A stretch of DNA of 64,000 nt from a virus. The first letter of the stretch is position 1. Each line of letters opens with the position of its first letter. Where the stretch lies: positions 32,001 through 96,000 of IMG/VR virus record IMGVR_UViG_3300046007_003718. One strand, written 5' to 3'. Below are positions 18,896 through 27,457 of the stretch, piece after piece. Under the pieces are notes generated by a model, which did not search any database, was not told the origin of the DNA, and saw only the letters and a list, made by a program, of their open reading frames with translations. The translations under genes and the position numbers were made by a program.

Positions 18896-19075
18896 TTAAC
18901 CATCCTGTCGGGGAGTGATGTACCCAGCCTCAATCAGAGCCGCAGCCATGCGACCGTAAGAGCCTTGCAGGCTCCATGCCATACCTGTATCCACAAGGTA
19001 CTGAAAGAGGTCAATGATACCCTCCTCATCCAACTCACCCTGCTCATACTCCATAATCGAACTAACGTAATCCAT
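18896..19075 (-). CDS. 59-aa small phage protein
   Basis: Hand translation [53 protein letters not shown]...; AAGGAG RBS; below ORF-track cutoff. Confidence 0.65.
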   Translation of the reverse strand: MDYVSSIMEYEQGELDEEGIIDLFQYLVDTGMAWSLQGSYGRMAAALIEAGYITPRQDG

Positions 19076-19193
19076 TTCTATCTCCTTACCTAGTCAGAGA
19101 AAACGTAAGACCGGCCACTACCCACACGGCCAGAACGCCAACTGCGATTACAATAAAAGTTTCCATCTTGCCCTCCTCGTTGCTTGCCTTGTA

Positions 19194-19233
19194 AGCATAG
19201 GGAATATATCTCACTAATGCAACTATTCGTTTA
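19194..19233 (-). promoter_or_regulatory. Early promoter, TAAACG class
   Basis: TAAACG-N5-TTGCAT-N17-TATGCT. Confidence 0.75.
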
Positions 19234-19455
19234 TTCAGCCTACCACTCAAAGCGAGCGGAAAGAACCTTGTGGTCTGGGAACAAACACCTAACCTGCTCC
19301 ATCGCTCGGTCCACCATCTCTGTGATGATTTCACTATCCTCAAGGTTTCCCCAAACATAGTCTAGCGTGTCCTCGTTCTGCTCGGTCAGGCTTGCCTCAT
19401 AGGTAAAGTTATCGGCAATACCATTCTCACTAACCATCTCAACGGTAACAAACAT

Positions 19456-19812
19456 TTAGATGCGCTCCTCGCTCATTGTGTCCTGTCGGATGTTCTCCAT
19501 CTCCTGTTCGTTGAGCCATGCGTAAGCCTCGGCACGACTCTCCTCGTCAGCCGCAGCCTGTCGCAGAATCTCGTTCCACTCCTCGGGGTCGGTGACATAG
19601 GACTCAGCATCAATCTCGTCCCGACGACGCCGATACTCCTCCTCAATCTGAGCCTCAATGATGCCCTGTCGGTACTCAACCCAGAGAGTCAGAGCCTCAT
19701 CAAGAATGACGAACTGCTCAATGGTGAGGTCTCCGTTTACAGTCAGGTCGTCCAGACGGTGATAGAGAGCCGTAGCCTTGTCCTGCATAATCATAACATC
19801 GTCCTGCATCAT
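19456..19812 (-). CDS. Acidic hypothetical protein
   Basis: AAAGGAG RBS; promoter directly upstream. Confidence 0.6.
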   Translation of the reverse strand: MMQDDVMIMQDKATALYHRLDDLTVNGDLTIEQFVILDEALTLWVEYRQGIIEAQIEEEYRRRRDEIDAESYVTDPEEWNEILRQAAADEESRAEAYAWLNEQEMENIRQDTMSEERI

Positions 19813-19842
19813 TGGTCTATCTCCTTTCGTGCTTGCTCGTCA

Positions 19843-19882
19843 AGCATACAGGTTAATAGGAAAAAGTGCAACCCCTCGTTTA
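19843..19882 (-). promoter_or_regulatory. Early promoter, TAAACG class
   Basis: TAAACG-N5-TTGCAC-N17-TATGCT. Confidence 0.75.
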
Positions 19883-20251
19883 TTCAGCGTAGAAGGGGTC
19901 GGGGCACCAATGCGAAGCAATCTCCATCTCTCGCTTCCACGAACGCTCCTCCTCCACACACTCGGAGAATCGCTCAATAATGATAGAACCGATGCCCTCC
20001 AACTCCTTGCGGTCTGTATCAATCTGGTTCATCGTGCAGTACGAAGCATCCTCAGCATAATCCCAATCACCATCAGGCTCCTTGGTCAGCACAGAGAAGC
20101 GAAGCAGAGGCTCGTCGGTAGGGTCGGTAGGGTCGAAGTCCCCATACCATCCCTCGCCAATGTAGTCCCACTCAACCTTCACAGTCTGGTCGTCGTTCGT
20201 AACCTCTAGTGGAATAAACGACTCAATCTCAGTTGTCCAATCCTTACTCAT
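19880..20251 (-). CDS. Acidic hypothetical protein
   Basis: GGAGG RBS; IGEGWYGDFDP...PLLRF...DASYCT. Confidence 0.65.
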   Translation of the reverse strand: MSKDWTTEIESFIPLEVTNDDQTVKVEWDYIGEGWYGDFDPTDPTDEPLLRFSVLTKEPDGDWDYAEDASYCTMNQIDTDRKELEGIGSIIIERFSECVEEERSWKREMEIASHWCPDPFYAE

Positions 20252-20593
20252 CTTTCCTCCTAGCGTCCGTAGTAGTCTGGGTGATTCATACGATACTTAG
20301 CCTCCTGCTTCATGGCTGCGATACACTCATTATCGCAGCGAGCAGGCAAACCAAGCGTTACCACGTTATACAGCATAACACTTCCAATCACAGAAAGCGA
20401 AGCGTAAAGAATAACCTTCCACATCATCGGTTTCTCCATTCAGTATAAACGCCCACAACTTCATTGTAGATATCGAACGGCTCATCTAGAGTGTGGCCTG
20501 CATCGTCCCGATAGCCACAGTCGTCGTTAGAACCAACATCGCATGAAAGATAGCACGCAAGACCTTGGAAATAGTAGTCAGGCTCTAGCATGT

Positions 20594-20803
20594 TTATTCT
20601 CCATCCTCGGGGTAGCCAGCCTGTGAGCGCAGGCTATCAATGAGTGACTGAATAAACTCAACATTCTGCTCGTCAGCATCCTCGTAAGATGAGGAGTCAC
20701 GAATCTCCTCAACATTCTGCCAGAGAGACCAAAGAATGTAGTCCAAGTCCTCAATCGGCAGAGTCACGTTTACATCTCGGTTCCAAAAGTCGTTGGTAGT
20801 CAT
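20594..20803 (-). CDS. Small acidic hypothetical protein
   Basis: GGAGG RBS; TAATG coupling. Confidence 0.6.
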   Translation of the reverse strand: MTTNDFWNRDVNVTLPIEDLDYILWSLWQNVEEIRDSSSYEDADEQNVEFIQSLIDSLRSQAGYPEDGE

Positions 20804-21007
20804 TACATAACCTCCGGTGTAGGAATGTGCAGTCGAAGTCCACCAGCCTCGTAATCGTTCAGAGCATAGTGGATAGCATCAGGCAGGGTAGCAATCATAG
20901 TCTCTACCTCCCCACCGTCGCCGGGACCACCATGATACCAGATATCCCAGCACCTATCATCCATCGCGGGATAAATGTCGTACACGAAGCCCTCGCCGTA
21001 GATACGA

Positions 21008-21331
21008 TCAATAGTCCTCATCGTCGTCCTCGTCCATCTCAAAGTCGAACTCCACGATGAGGCGAGCGACACGACCATCGTTGTCGTACTCAACGAACAC
21101 CGGATAAACGCCGTCACCCCAGCCGGTGCTGGTGCAGACCGCATCAGAAAAACGACCCTGAGTAGAGAACTGCCCCGCCCGCTCGTCGCTCAGGCTAGCC
21201 GCACAAGCGCGACCATATGGGGAATCCTCACCGTACTCGCCGTCAAGGACGTAGCAGGGGTCCACAACGAACACCTGACCAGAATCAACGGGAACCTGTC
21301 CCACCTTCACGCGCATACCAGACCTACTCAT
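21008..21331 (-). CDS. DUF4241-like protein
   Basis: VDSGQVFVVDPCY...TGWGDGVYPV motifs; GGAGG RBS. Confidence 0.65.
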   Translation of the reverse strand: MSRSGMRVKVGQVPVDSGQVFVVDPCYVLDGEYGEDSPYGRACAASLSDERAGQFSTQGRFSDAVCTSTGWGDGVYPVFVEYDNDGRVARLIVEFDFEMDEDDDEDY

Positions 21332-21359
21332 TACTGCCTCCTTTGTTGCTTGCTCGTCA

Positions 21360-21400
21360 AGTGTAGCAGATCAAGTCTGCCGATTGCAACTACTCGTTTA
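21360..21400 (-). promoter_or_regulatory. Early promoter, TAAACG class
   Basis: TAAACG-N5-TTGCAA-N18-TACACT. Confidence 0.75.
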
Positions 21401-21591
21401 GATGCGGGTACGCTTGCTGCGCTGATTGACCCTCATCAGAATCTCGTAAACCTCAGCCTCATTCACCGCCTCATGCAGAGAATCAAACTCAGCATCCGTG
21501 AACTCGCTCTCATCAATCACGATAAGATCATCCTCGTCGCATCCACCCCAACTGCCGTCAGCGGCGCTCATCCAGATCACACGACCCATGA

Positions 21592-21849
21592 CTAGGCCTC
21601 CCGAATGATCGTAGAGATATACTCAGCGAGCATACCACGCTCATCAGAGTCGTCAGGAAGGGGAATAACGATGCTGCCCACATTGGTCTTAGTGCCGTGG
21701 GCAGTCGTGGACTCAATCAGGATGTTTATACGACCACCCGGCTTGGCAAAGATGCCGACCTCGTAAGTGCGAGCGTAATCCTTTCCTGCATCACGCTCCA
21801 CCTTGTAGATATAGGCCACACCGTTTACATCGTTATTGGTACCAATCAT
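21592..21849 (-). CDS. Hypothetical protein
   Basis: Operon context. Confidence 0.55.
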   Translation of the reverse strand: MIGTNNDVNGVAYIYKVERDAGKDYARTYEVGIFAKPGGRINILIESTTAHGTKTNVGSIVIPLPDDSDERGMLAEYISTIIREA

Positions 21850-21850
21850 A

Positions 21851-22279
21851 TTATGCCTTCCTTTCGTAAGAATCGTACTTTTCGTTTAGAATCGGTCGAA
21901 ACTTCTGCTCAACAAGCGCCTGAGCAGTTTCATACACTTCCTGAGCAAATGCGTTTGTCCACGCCCCGGTCATATCAAAAGAGTCAGGGAGATAAGTGTC
22001 GAACAACTCATCCACCAACTCGCAGGGAGAGGGCCAATAAACGCTGTCCACGTTCTTATCCCAATACTCCCATGCGATGTTAGCGAATACCTTGCCCACA
22101 TACTCTGCATTGTTATTGGAATAAATGACCACACCATAGATGCTCCCATCGAAGGGGTCCACATACGGAGTAAAGGTGATGCCTGCATCGTACTCCACGG
22201 TCTCCTGAAAAGTCTCGCGGAAGTCTTGCAGCACAGCCTTGCTAACAGAACCATAGGACTCACACATTAGGCATCCCAC
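21851..22279 (-). CDS. Hypothetical protein
   Basis: Operon context; start may be MCESYG. Confidence 0.55.
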   Translation of the reverse strand: MGCLMCESYGSVSKAVLQDFRETFQETVEYDAGITFTPYVDPFDGSIYGVVIYSNNNAEYVGKVFANIAWEYWDKNVDSVYWPSPCELVDELFDTYLPDSFDMTGAWTNAFAQEVYETAQALVEQKFRPILNEKYDSYERKA

Positions 22280-22422
22280 CCACTCACGCGGGCCTGCTGC
22301 TTGGCCTTACGGCGCTGGGTCTTGCGACTCTGGATGCCATGCGTCTGAGAGTGCATGATAGCGAACCGCTGGCCGGTCGTGCTGGTGTCCTGCCGGAACT
22401 TCTTTCGCTGCTTGTTGGTCAC
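22267..22422 (-). CDS. Small basic protein
   Basis: AAAGGAG RBS; KQRKKFR...SRKTQRRKAKQQAR. Confidence 0.55.
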   Translation of the reverse strand: MTNKQRKKFRQDTSTTGQRFAIMHSQTHGIQSRKTQRRKAKQQARVSGWDA

Positions 22423-22450
22423 GATCATCTCCTTTGCTTGATGCTCTAGC

Positions 22451-22490
22451 ATCATACAGTATGGAATCCAAAAGTGCAACTGCTCGTTTA
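22451..22490 (-). promoter_or_regulatory. Early promoter, TAAACG class
   Basis: TAAACG-N5-TTGCAC-N17-TATGAT. Confidence 0.75.
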
Positions 22491-22706
22491 TTTGCCTTCC
22501 TCTAGGGCAATCAGAGCATTGACAATCTTGCGGGCCTTCTCCTCTGCTTGCTTCATGTAAACGCTACGGTCGCCCTTCACATCCTTACGGACAACGATGA
22601 TACAGACCTCTCCACCCTCCTCATCCATGACCTCAATATGGTCTGCATGAGGAAGGGCAAAGTCGGGTTCCTCGTTCCAATACCAAGCATACATCATCTA
22701 AATCAC

Positions 22707-23174
22707 CTATCCGTAGATGAGCCGACCGAACACAGCAATCTGAACCAGAACATCGGCGCAGTCTGCGTCAAGATAGCCGGGGTCGTTCTCACGAAGGGCA
22801 CGCTGAATGTAGCCGGTGATGCTGGTGTTAGCAGGAGGCTCCTCCTGAACAAAGGTCTGGAAAGCCTTAGTCAGATTCTCAGCATTGACCGTATAAATAG
22901 GGGATTCGGTCTCAGCCACATCCTCATTCTCGCGGAGAGTAACCTCGTACCACAGTTCATCAAGAATGTCTCCACTCTCAGGCTTAGTTACCTTAATGTT
23001 TAGAGCGTCAGCCCAATAGAAGGAAGCGCCATAGGAACCATCAAAAGCCCCGACAAGCACAGCGTCCACCATATGCGCGGTAATAGGAAGGGTCGTCGTG
23101 ACCACACCAACCACCGTGGACTTGTCGTACTTCTCCTCTAGAGCCTTAAGACTCTCCGATACATAGTCACTCAT
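22707..23174 (-). CDS. Phage hypothetical protein
   Basis: C-terminal DADCADVLVQIAVFGRLIYG; start after GAAAGGAG. Confidence 0.65.
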   Translation of the reverse strand: MSDYVSESLKALEEKYDKSTVVGVVTTTLPITAHMVDAVLVGAFDGSYGASFYWADALNIKVTKPESGDILDELWYEVTLRENEDVAETESPIYTVNAENLTKAFQTFVQEEPPANTSITGYIQRALRENDPGYLDADCADVLVQIAVFGRLIYG

Positions 23175-23203
23175 ATTGCTCCTTTCGTTTTCCATCTGAA
23201 TAG

Positions 23204-23243
23204 ATGGTATCAGATCAACCAACCAACTGCAACTACTCGTTTA
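23204..23243 (-). promoter_or_regulatory. Early promoter, TAAACG class
   Basis: TAAACG-N5-TTGCAG-N17-TACCAT. Confidence 0.7.
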
Positions 23244-23477
23244 TACTCCACGCCAACCAGAACAGGTGCCGCATGTGCAACAGCAACTTGTGGGGGATGC
23301 AAGCCAAAGGTAAGCGATAGCCCTCTCAGCATAACGTCCTTTACTATCGGCACAATAAATACGCTGCCAAATAGAGATTGTATCATCGCAGAAGTAACGC
23401 CTATGGGGGTTATCCCATGCCCTCTTATAGATAGGCTTATTAAACCACTCATTATTAGAGCATCCACATCCACACAT
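23241..23477 (-). CDS. Cys-rich small protein
   Basis: AAAGGAGG RBS; CGCGC and CCCTCGTC ends. Confidence 0.5.
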   Translation of the reverse strand: MCGCGCSNNEWFNKPIYKRAWDNPHRRYFCDDTISIWQRIYCADSKGRYAERAIAYLWLASPTSCCCTCGTCSGWRGV

Positions 23478-23502
23478 AAAAGCCTCCTTTAATGATTTAT
23501 AC

Positions 23503-23596
23503 TACCCCTAGCGGGAGTCGAACCCGCGATAAACTTCCGCGTAAGCCAAGCGTCCTTGTGCGTTACCGGCGTCGTTGCCGCTAGACCATTAGGGGC
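23503..23596 (-). ncRNA. tRNA-like RNA with a long non-canonical anticodon arm
   Basis: Acceptor stem GCCCCUA/UAGGGGU, D-arm GUC-UAGCGGCAAC-GAC, T-arm GCGGG-UUCGACU-CCCGC; central arm ends in CAAG-GACG-CUUG; no encoded CCA. Confidence 0.75.
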
Positions 23597-23602
23597 ATGA
23601 GT

Positions 23603-23630
23603 ATTATAGACGGTTCCACAATCAAGTCAA
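23603..23630 (-). promoter_or_regulatory. Consensus-like promoter for the tRNA-like RNA
   Basis: TTGACT-N16-TATAAT ending 6 nt before the acceptor stem. Confidence 0.7.
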
Positions 23631-23639
23631 AGGTAGGCT

Positions 23640-23846
23640 TGACGTAACAATGCCCGCTCCCTGCTCACCCGTCACCGACAACCGATTCCTTTAGTTTACT
23701 TATTATTAGTATAAATGGCTCTCGCGCCTAACGTCCCATATTGGTTGTTAGGATTTCCCGACCTACCAATCGGTTTCTTACGGAGATTCCTCCACCCCAC
23801 TAGGTCAAGAGTGGTAGCCCTCGCCTAGTAGGTCGTGAGAACCGCT
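23640..23846 (-). ncRNA. Putative structured RNA downstream of the hammerhead
   Basis: Non-coding; helices CGACCUAC/GUAGGUCG, ACUAGG/CCUAGU, GGAG/CUCC, CCUAAC/GUUAGG, AACCGAUU/AAUCGGUU. Confidence 0.5.
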
Positions 23847-23889
23847 GACGCCTCTCGGCGTTTCGTCCTATCAGGACTCGTCAGAGCGG
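23842..23889 (-). ncRNA. Hammerhead ribozyme (type I)
   Basis: CCGCU-CUGACGA-GUCCU-GAU-AGGAC-GAAA-CGCC-GAGA-GGCG-UC-AGCGG: complete core, three stems, GUC cleavage triplet. Confidence 0.92.
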
Positions 23890-24041
23890 CTAGTTGCCAT
23901 TACCTTCTTATGAACCTGCATAACCCAACCATCCTCAAAGTCGTGAGCATCACACGCCTCGCCAAGACTTTCGTAGGGGCCATAAGCCATGTACCCCGTA
24001 GAGAGATTACCGACAAGAAATACAAAAGTGTAGTCACCCAT
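23871..24041 (-). CDS. Small hypothetical protein whose 3' end overlaps the hammerhead
   Basis: MGDYTFVF after AAAGGAG; TTGCAT-N17-TATGCT promoter at ~24072-24100. Confidence 0.6.
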   Translation of the reverse strand: MGDYTFVFLVGNLSTGYMAYGPYESLGEACDAHDFEDGWVMQVHKKVMATSRSDES

Positions 24042-24403
24042 GAATCTATCTCCTTTCTCGCTTGCCCAACAAGCATACAGCACTCAATCTAGAAATGCAA
24101 GCCTTAGTCGGACTCTGAATAAACGTAACTGACCTCTCCCGAAAGATGATCTGAATGGCGATCATCAAAGAAACGATTGTCGTAAGTACCCCAGACTTCC
24201 TCTCCGGGGACATTAGACGCTGCTGCTTTAGACGCATCAAGGATAGAGTTAGCCAAACTCATAGCCTCGTCTGGATAGAGAGATAGGATAAACCCGAAAG
24301 TGCTATCTCCCGAATCAATCACAACTTGGTCCTCCACAACTGAAACATAGAACTTACTCATACTCACTCCAAAGTCTGCTTGCCACACACCTGTAGATTA
24401 GCA

Positions 24404-24436
24404 GCCCCCTATCCCCGTGTCAAGGGATAGGGGGCA
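24404..24436 (-). terminator. Hairpin overlapping a TTGACA promoter
   Basis: gccccctatccc/gggatagggggc; TTGACA in the loop, TAATCT 17 nt downstream. Confidence 0.6.
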
Positions 24437-24442
24437 ACCGAT

Positions 24443-24931
24443 CTAAATGGCCGCGCCGAAGAACTCGGGCTGCTCCTCTGGGGTGTCCACGGCCTGCTGC
24501 TCAAAGGCGGGAGTCGGAGTAGAGAACTGCATGAGCGAGTAGTCGCCGCTCAGGACAAGAGCGACCTTAGTGAGAATGCTCCTCAGAGCCTTATTCTCCT
24601 CCTCCACAGCCTCTAGACGCTGAATAAACTGAATGGAAACGGCCTCGTCGTCCATGCGCTCGTTGAGCATACCCTCAACGACATACTCCACACGGGAGTC
24701 GAAGTCGTCAATGTCGTCGGAATCGAAGGTGCGATAGCGAAGGGCCTCCTCAACTCCGTCAGAGAAGTCAAGGTTGTTGTCAATGTAGTCCTGCACGCGA
24801 CCATCAATGTCAGACTCATCCACGACAGTCTCAGCGATATCGCGGATAAACGACTCGCTGTTATAGACAGCCTCGGTGGCCTTCTCGTCCACCAGAGTCT
24901 CAATGTCTGCGGGCCAATCCTCAAAACTCAT
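24443..24931 (-). CDS. Highly acidic protein with coiled coil
   Basis: Asp/Glu-rich; own promoter (TTGACT...TATGCT ~24964-24991). Confidence 0.65.
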   Translation of the reverse strand: MSFEDWPADIETLVDEKATEAVYNSESFIRDIAETVVDESDIDGRVQDYIDNNLDFSDGVEEALRYRTFDSDDIDDFDSRVEYVVEGMLNERMDDEAVSIQFIQRLEAVEEENKALRSILTKVALVLSGDYSLMQFSTPTPAFEQQAVDTPEEQPEFFGAAI

Positions 24932-24994
24932 TACAGTCTCCTCTCGTTGATTGCTTCCCTAGAAGCATACAGTATGGATTCTAAAAGTCAAGGG

Positions 24995-25414
24995 CTAGTG
25001 CCAACCCTCGTCCTGCTCATCTAAACACTCAGTCAGAGCCGCGATAGCACTCTCCAAAGCGGGAGGGGTATAATCCAGACCAGCAATCGTGCCATTGATT
25101 AGCGCACGAATCTCGTCCTCGTACAGATAAACAGGCATCTGCCCCTCATCAAGCACGTTTTCCCAATCGCTAGAGATAACGCTAAGAGATGCAACTCCGC
25201 TCAGAGGCACGACGCACTCGTAAACAGGAGCAGCATCGCGGATAAACGACCGTCTTGCCATGAAAGGCTTACCCACAGAAAGATGCTTCTGAAAATCAAT
25301 AAGACGACGCTGCTTTGCAGGCTCGGGATTCTCCCTAGCCCACTCAGTAGTGTTCTCCCAATCAGTATAAAGGGTGCGCCCATCAACAGTACGAATCTGG
25401 ATGTAAGAACTCAC
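24995..25414 (-). CDS. Hypothetical protein
   Basis: GGTGGAG RBS. Confidence 0.6.
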   Translation of the reverse strand: MSSYIQIRTVDGRTLYTDWENTTEWARENPEPAKQRRLIDFQKHLSVGKPFMARRSFIRDAAPVYECVVPLSGVASLSVISSDWENVLDEGQMPVYLYEDEIRALINGTIAGLDYTPPALESAIAALTECLDEQDEGWH

Positions 25415-25622
25415 TACTCCACCTCAATATCGTTAGAAAACTTCATAACGTCCCAGCCATAATAACCCTCAATCAGAGAAGCGGCCTCCTCAATCGCAAC
25501 CTCCCGGTCAAAATCAGGAGGAGCAATCACCGAAGTTGTGAGGGTGAAATAATCTCCAATAAAAGTCACATTCATCATCTATCCATCTCCTTTCATCGCT
25601 ACGGGAGTAGCGTAGCATAGAA

Positions 25623-26156
25623 TCACTTAACAGGCAAGGTCCGAAGGTGACGGACCCTATCTCTTGCCCAACGCCTACGAGGCTCGGTAAACGGGTAGTT
25701 GTTCTCAATGCAACCATCCAGCATCTCCAAAACCCTGCTCTCGTCAGACCCCGTTTGTACCGCGAAGTCGTGAATCATCCCGCGAGCGATCTTAAGGTCG
25801 TGAAGGTTCTTTTCCCTGAGAAGTTTACGGTCGTCAGTAGCCTTGTTCTTACGAGCCTGCCGAATAAGACGCTTGGCCTCATCCTTTACCTCACCAACAA
25901 GGTGCTTGTTTGCACCAAGGAAGGTCTCAATGCAGTTGGAACCGGCGATGAGGTCGCCCCCATTGTCCACATCAGAAAGGTGGAACTCATACCGGATTCC
26001 ACCGTGACCACACACCTCGCAGGTAGTGTAGTTACCGGGACCGCGATCAACAGCCCCGACAAGACGAAGCCGGTGAGCATCCCTCTGCTCCTCGGGAACA
26101 CGAATGTCCTCAAAGAACTTCTGGATACCACCGGCCTGTCGCTTGCTGAACTCCAT
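25623..26156 (-). CDS. Zn-finger protein
   Basis: CEVCGH..IRYEFH...GSNCI; own promoter TTGATT-N17-TATGCT. Confidence 0.65.
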   Translation of the reverse strand: MEFSKRQAGGIQKFFEDIRVPEEQRDAHRLRLVGAVDRGPGNYTTCEVCGHGGIRYEFHLSDVDNGGDLIAGSNCIETFLGANKHLVGEVKDEAKRLIRQARKNKATDDRKLLREKNLHDLKIARGMIHDFAVQTGSDESRVLEMLDGCIENNYPFTEPRRRWARDRVRHLRTLPVK

Positions 26157-26218
26157 TAGAATCCCCTCTCGCTTGCTTACGAAGGAAGCATAGCATACCC
26201 ATTAGGGGGAATCAAGCC

Positions 26219-26578
26219 CTAGTAGTGACCATCATCATAATCACAGGGGAAATCAGGCTCGCGGGGTTCATCATCGTACCATCCACTTGCAGCCTCATAC
26301 TCAGACTCAGCGATATCACAACAAGCCTCAAAACTCAACTCAGCAACGATGTATCGTTTAGATGCCTCTGGCTCATCCTTAACGATACTGTCGTACAAAC
26401 TCTGAATCTCCTCCTGAGTACCAATCTCGTCTGGAACCTTGTCGTAGTTGATGATATCTCCCGTTTCGGGGTCTGTATCATACAGCCCGTACAAACCGCG
26501 CTCATAGACGAGTTCTGCCTGCTTCTGAAAAGAATACTCAGGCGGGTCGTAATAAGAATCTGGCATATGAAACGACAC
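26219..26578 (-). CDS. Acidic hypothetical protein
   Basis: GTG after GGAGG. Confidence 0.6.
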   Translation of the reverse strand: MSFHMPDSYYDPPEYSFQKQAELVYERGLYGLYDTDPETGDIINYDKVPDEIGTQEEIQSLYDSIVKDEPEASKRYIVAELSFEACCDIAESEYEAASGWYDDEPREPDFPCDYDDGHY

Positions 26579-26807
26579 TACAAGTCCTCCTTTGTAACAG
26601 GAATACAGTTTTCGCAATATGGAAGCCCCTCAGTCCAAGTAACTGCCTTGGTTGCTGGGTTAATCAGCACCACTTTGTCGGTCTCAACCGTATGACCACA
26701 CATACATACAGTAGTCTTTGTGTCCATCTTTCCTCCTCTCCCCCTATTGCTCTGTCGCTCAGACAGCATAGCATAGGTCGTTGGCTAAAAGCAAATGCTC
26801 GTATAAA

Positions 26808-26927
26808 TCATCGGGCGTGCCAAAAGTTTGGCTTAGGAACGCTAGCCTTGCGAGGCTTGCTGACCTTCATCTTAGCAACACGAACCTTACGCGGCTTGCT
26901 AACACCTGTACGACGAACCTTACGCAT
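26808..26927 (-). CDS. 39-aa highly basic repeat peptide
   Basis: MRKVRRTGVSKPRKVRVAKMKVSKPRKASVPKPNFWHAR; AAAGGAG RBS. Confidence 0.6.
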   Translation of the reverse strand: MRKVRRTGVSKPRKVRVAKMKVSKPRKASVPKPNFWHAR

Positions 26928-26985
26928 GTAATCTCCTTTGTTTGATCTATCTAACTTACGAAGTAACTCTATCAACTTACATATC

Positions 26986-27174
26986 TTAAGTCAAGTCATC
27001 CTCGTCATCTTCATCTATAACTATAAATGTCCTTATGAACATCAATAACATTCCTGAGATTATAGCCCATACCCCGGCGTTCCAATCTCCTGTAAGCAAA
27101 TAAAAGGTGCCGAAAAAGAAGCAGACGAGAGCAACGAATAAACCCGCTGCTCTAACCAAGTCAGTCATTAACAA
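26986..27174 (-). CDS. Two-TM membrane protein
   Basis: Hydrophobic helices, acidic tail. Confidence 0.55.
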   Translation of the reverse strand: MLMTDLVRAAGLFVALVCFFFGTFYLLTGDWNAGVWAIISGMLLMFIRTFIVIDEDDEDDLT

Positions 27175-27457
27175 TCTCTTTCCACGCTGCCCATGCCGCC
27201 TTACTTGCTCTATCTAGTCGAGACCATCGCTCTTTGTAGAATCTAACTCTAGTCTGAATAGCATTGTAGGATTCCATCTGCATCTCTACTTTGAGAATGT
27301 CTTTACTTCCGGGGAAGTCTGGTACGTTGGGTTTGCGAATGGTGCTTGCTATATCCCTCGCTATGAGGTAATCGCGGTGCGCCTCATTTGCACGACGAGA
27401 TATAGCCTTCCAAGCCCTATAGAACAAATCTGCGTTCTTTGGGCTAGGCTCGGACAT
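27161..27457 (-). CDS. Hypothetical helical protein
   Basis: Overlapping operon context. Confidence 0.55.
   Translation of the reverse strand: MSEPSPKNADLFYRAWKAISRRANEAHRDYLIARDIASTIRKPNVPDFPGSKDILKVEMQMESYNAIQTRVRFYKERWSRLDRASKAAWAAWKEIVND

Noticed and set aside
23503-23596. Assigning an amino-acid identity as a normal tRNA
   Set aside because: No 5-bp stem with 7-nt anticodon loop could be found; D-arm similarity to Glu/Asp tRNAs is insufficient.
18255-25750. Other CUGAnGA matches on the minus strand (~18260, 19545, 20670, 21433, 21641, 25741) as extra hammerheads
   Set aside because: No stem II followed by GAAA and stem III.
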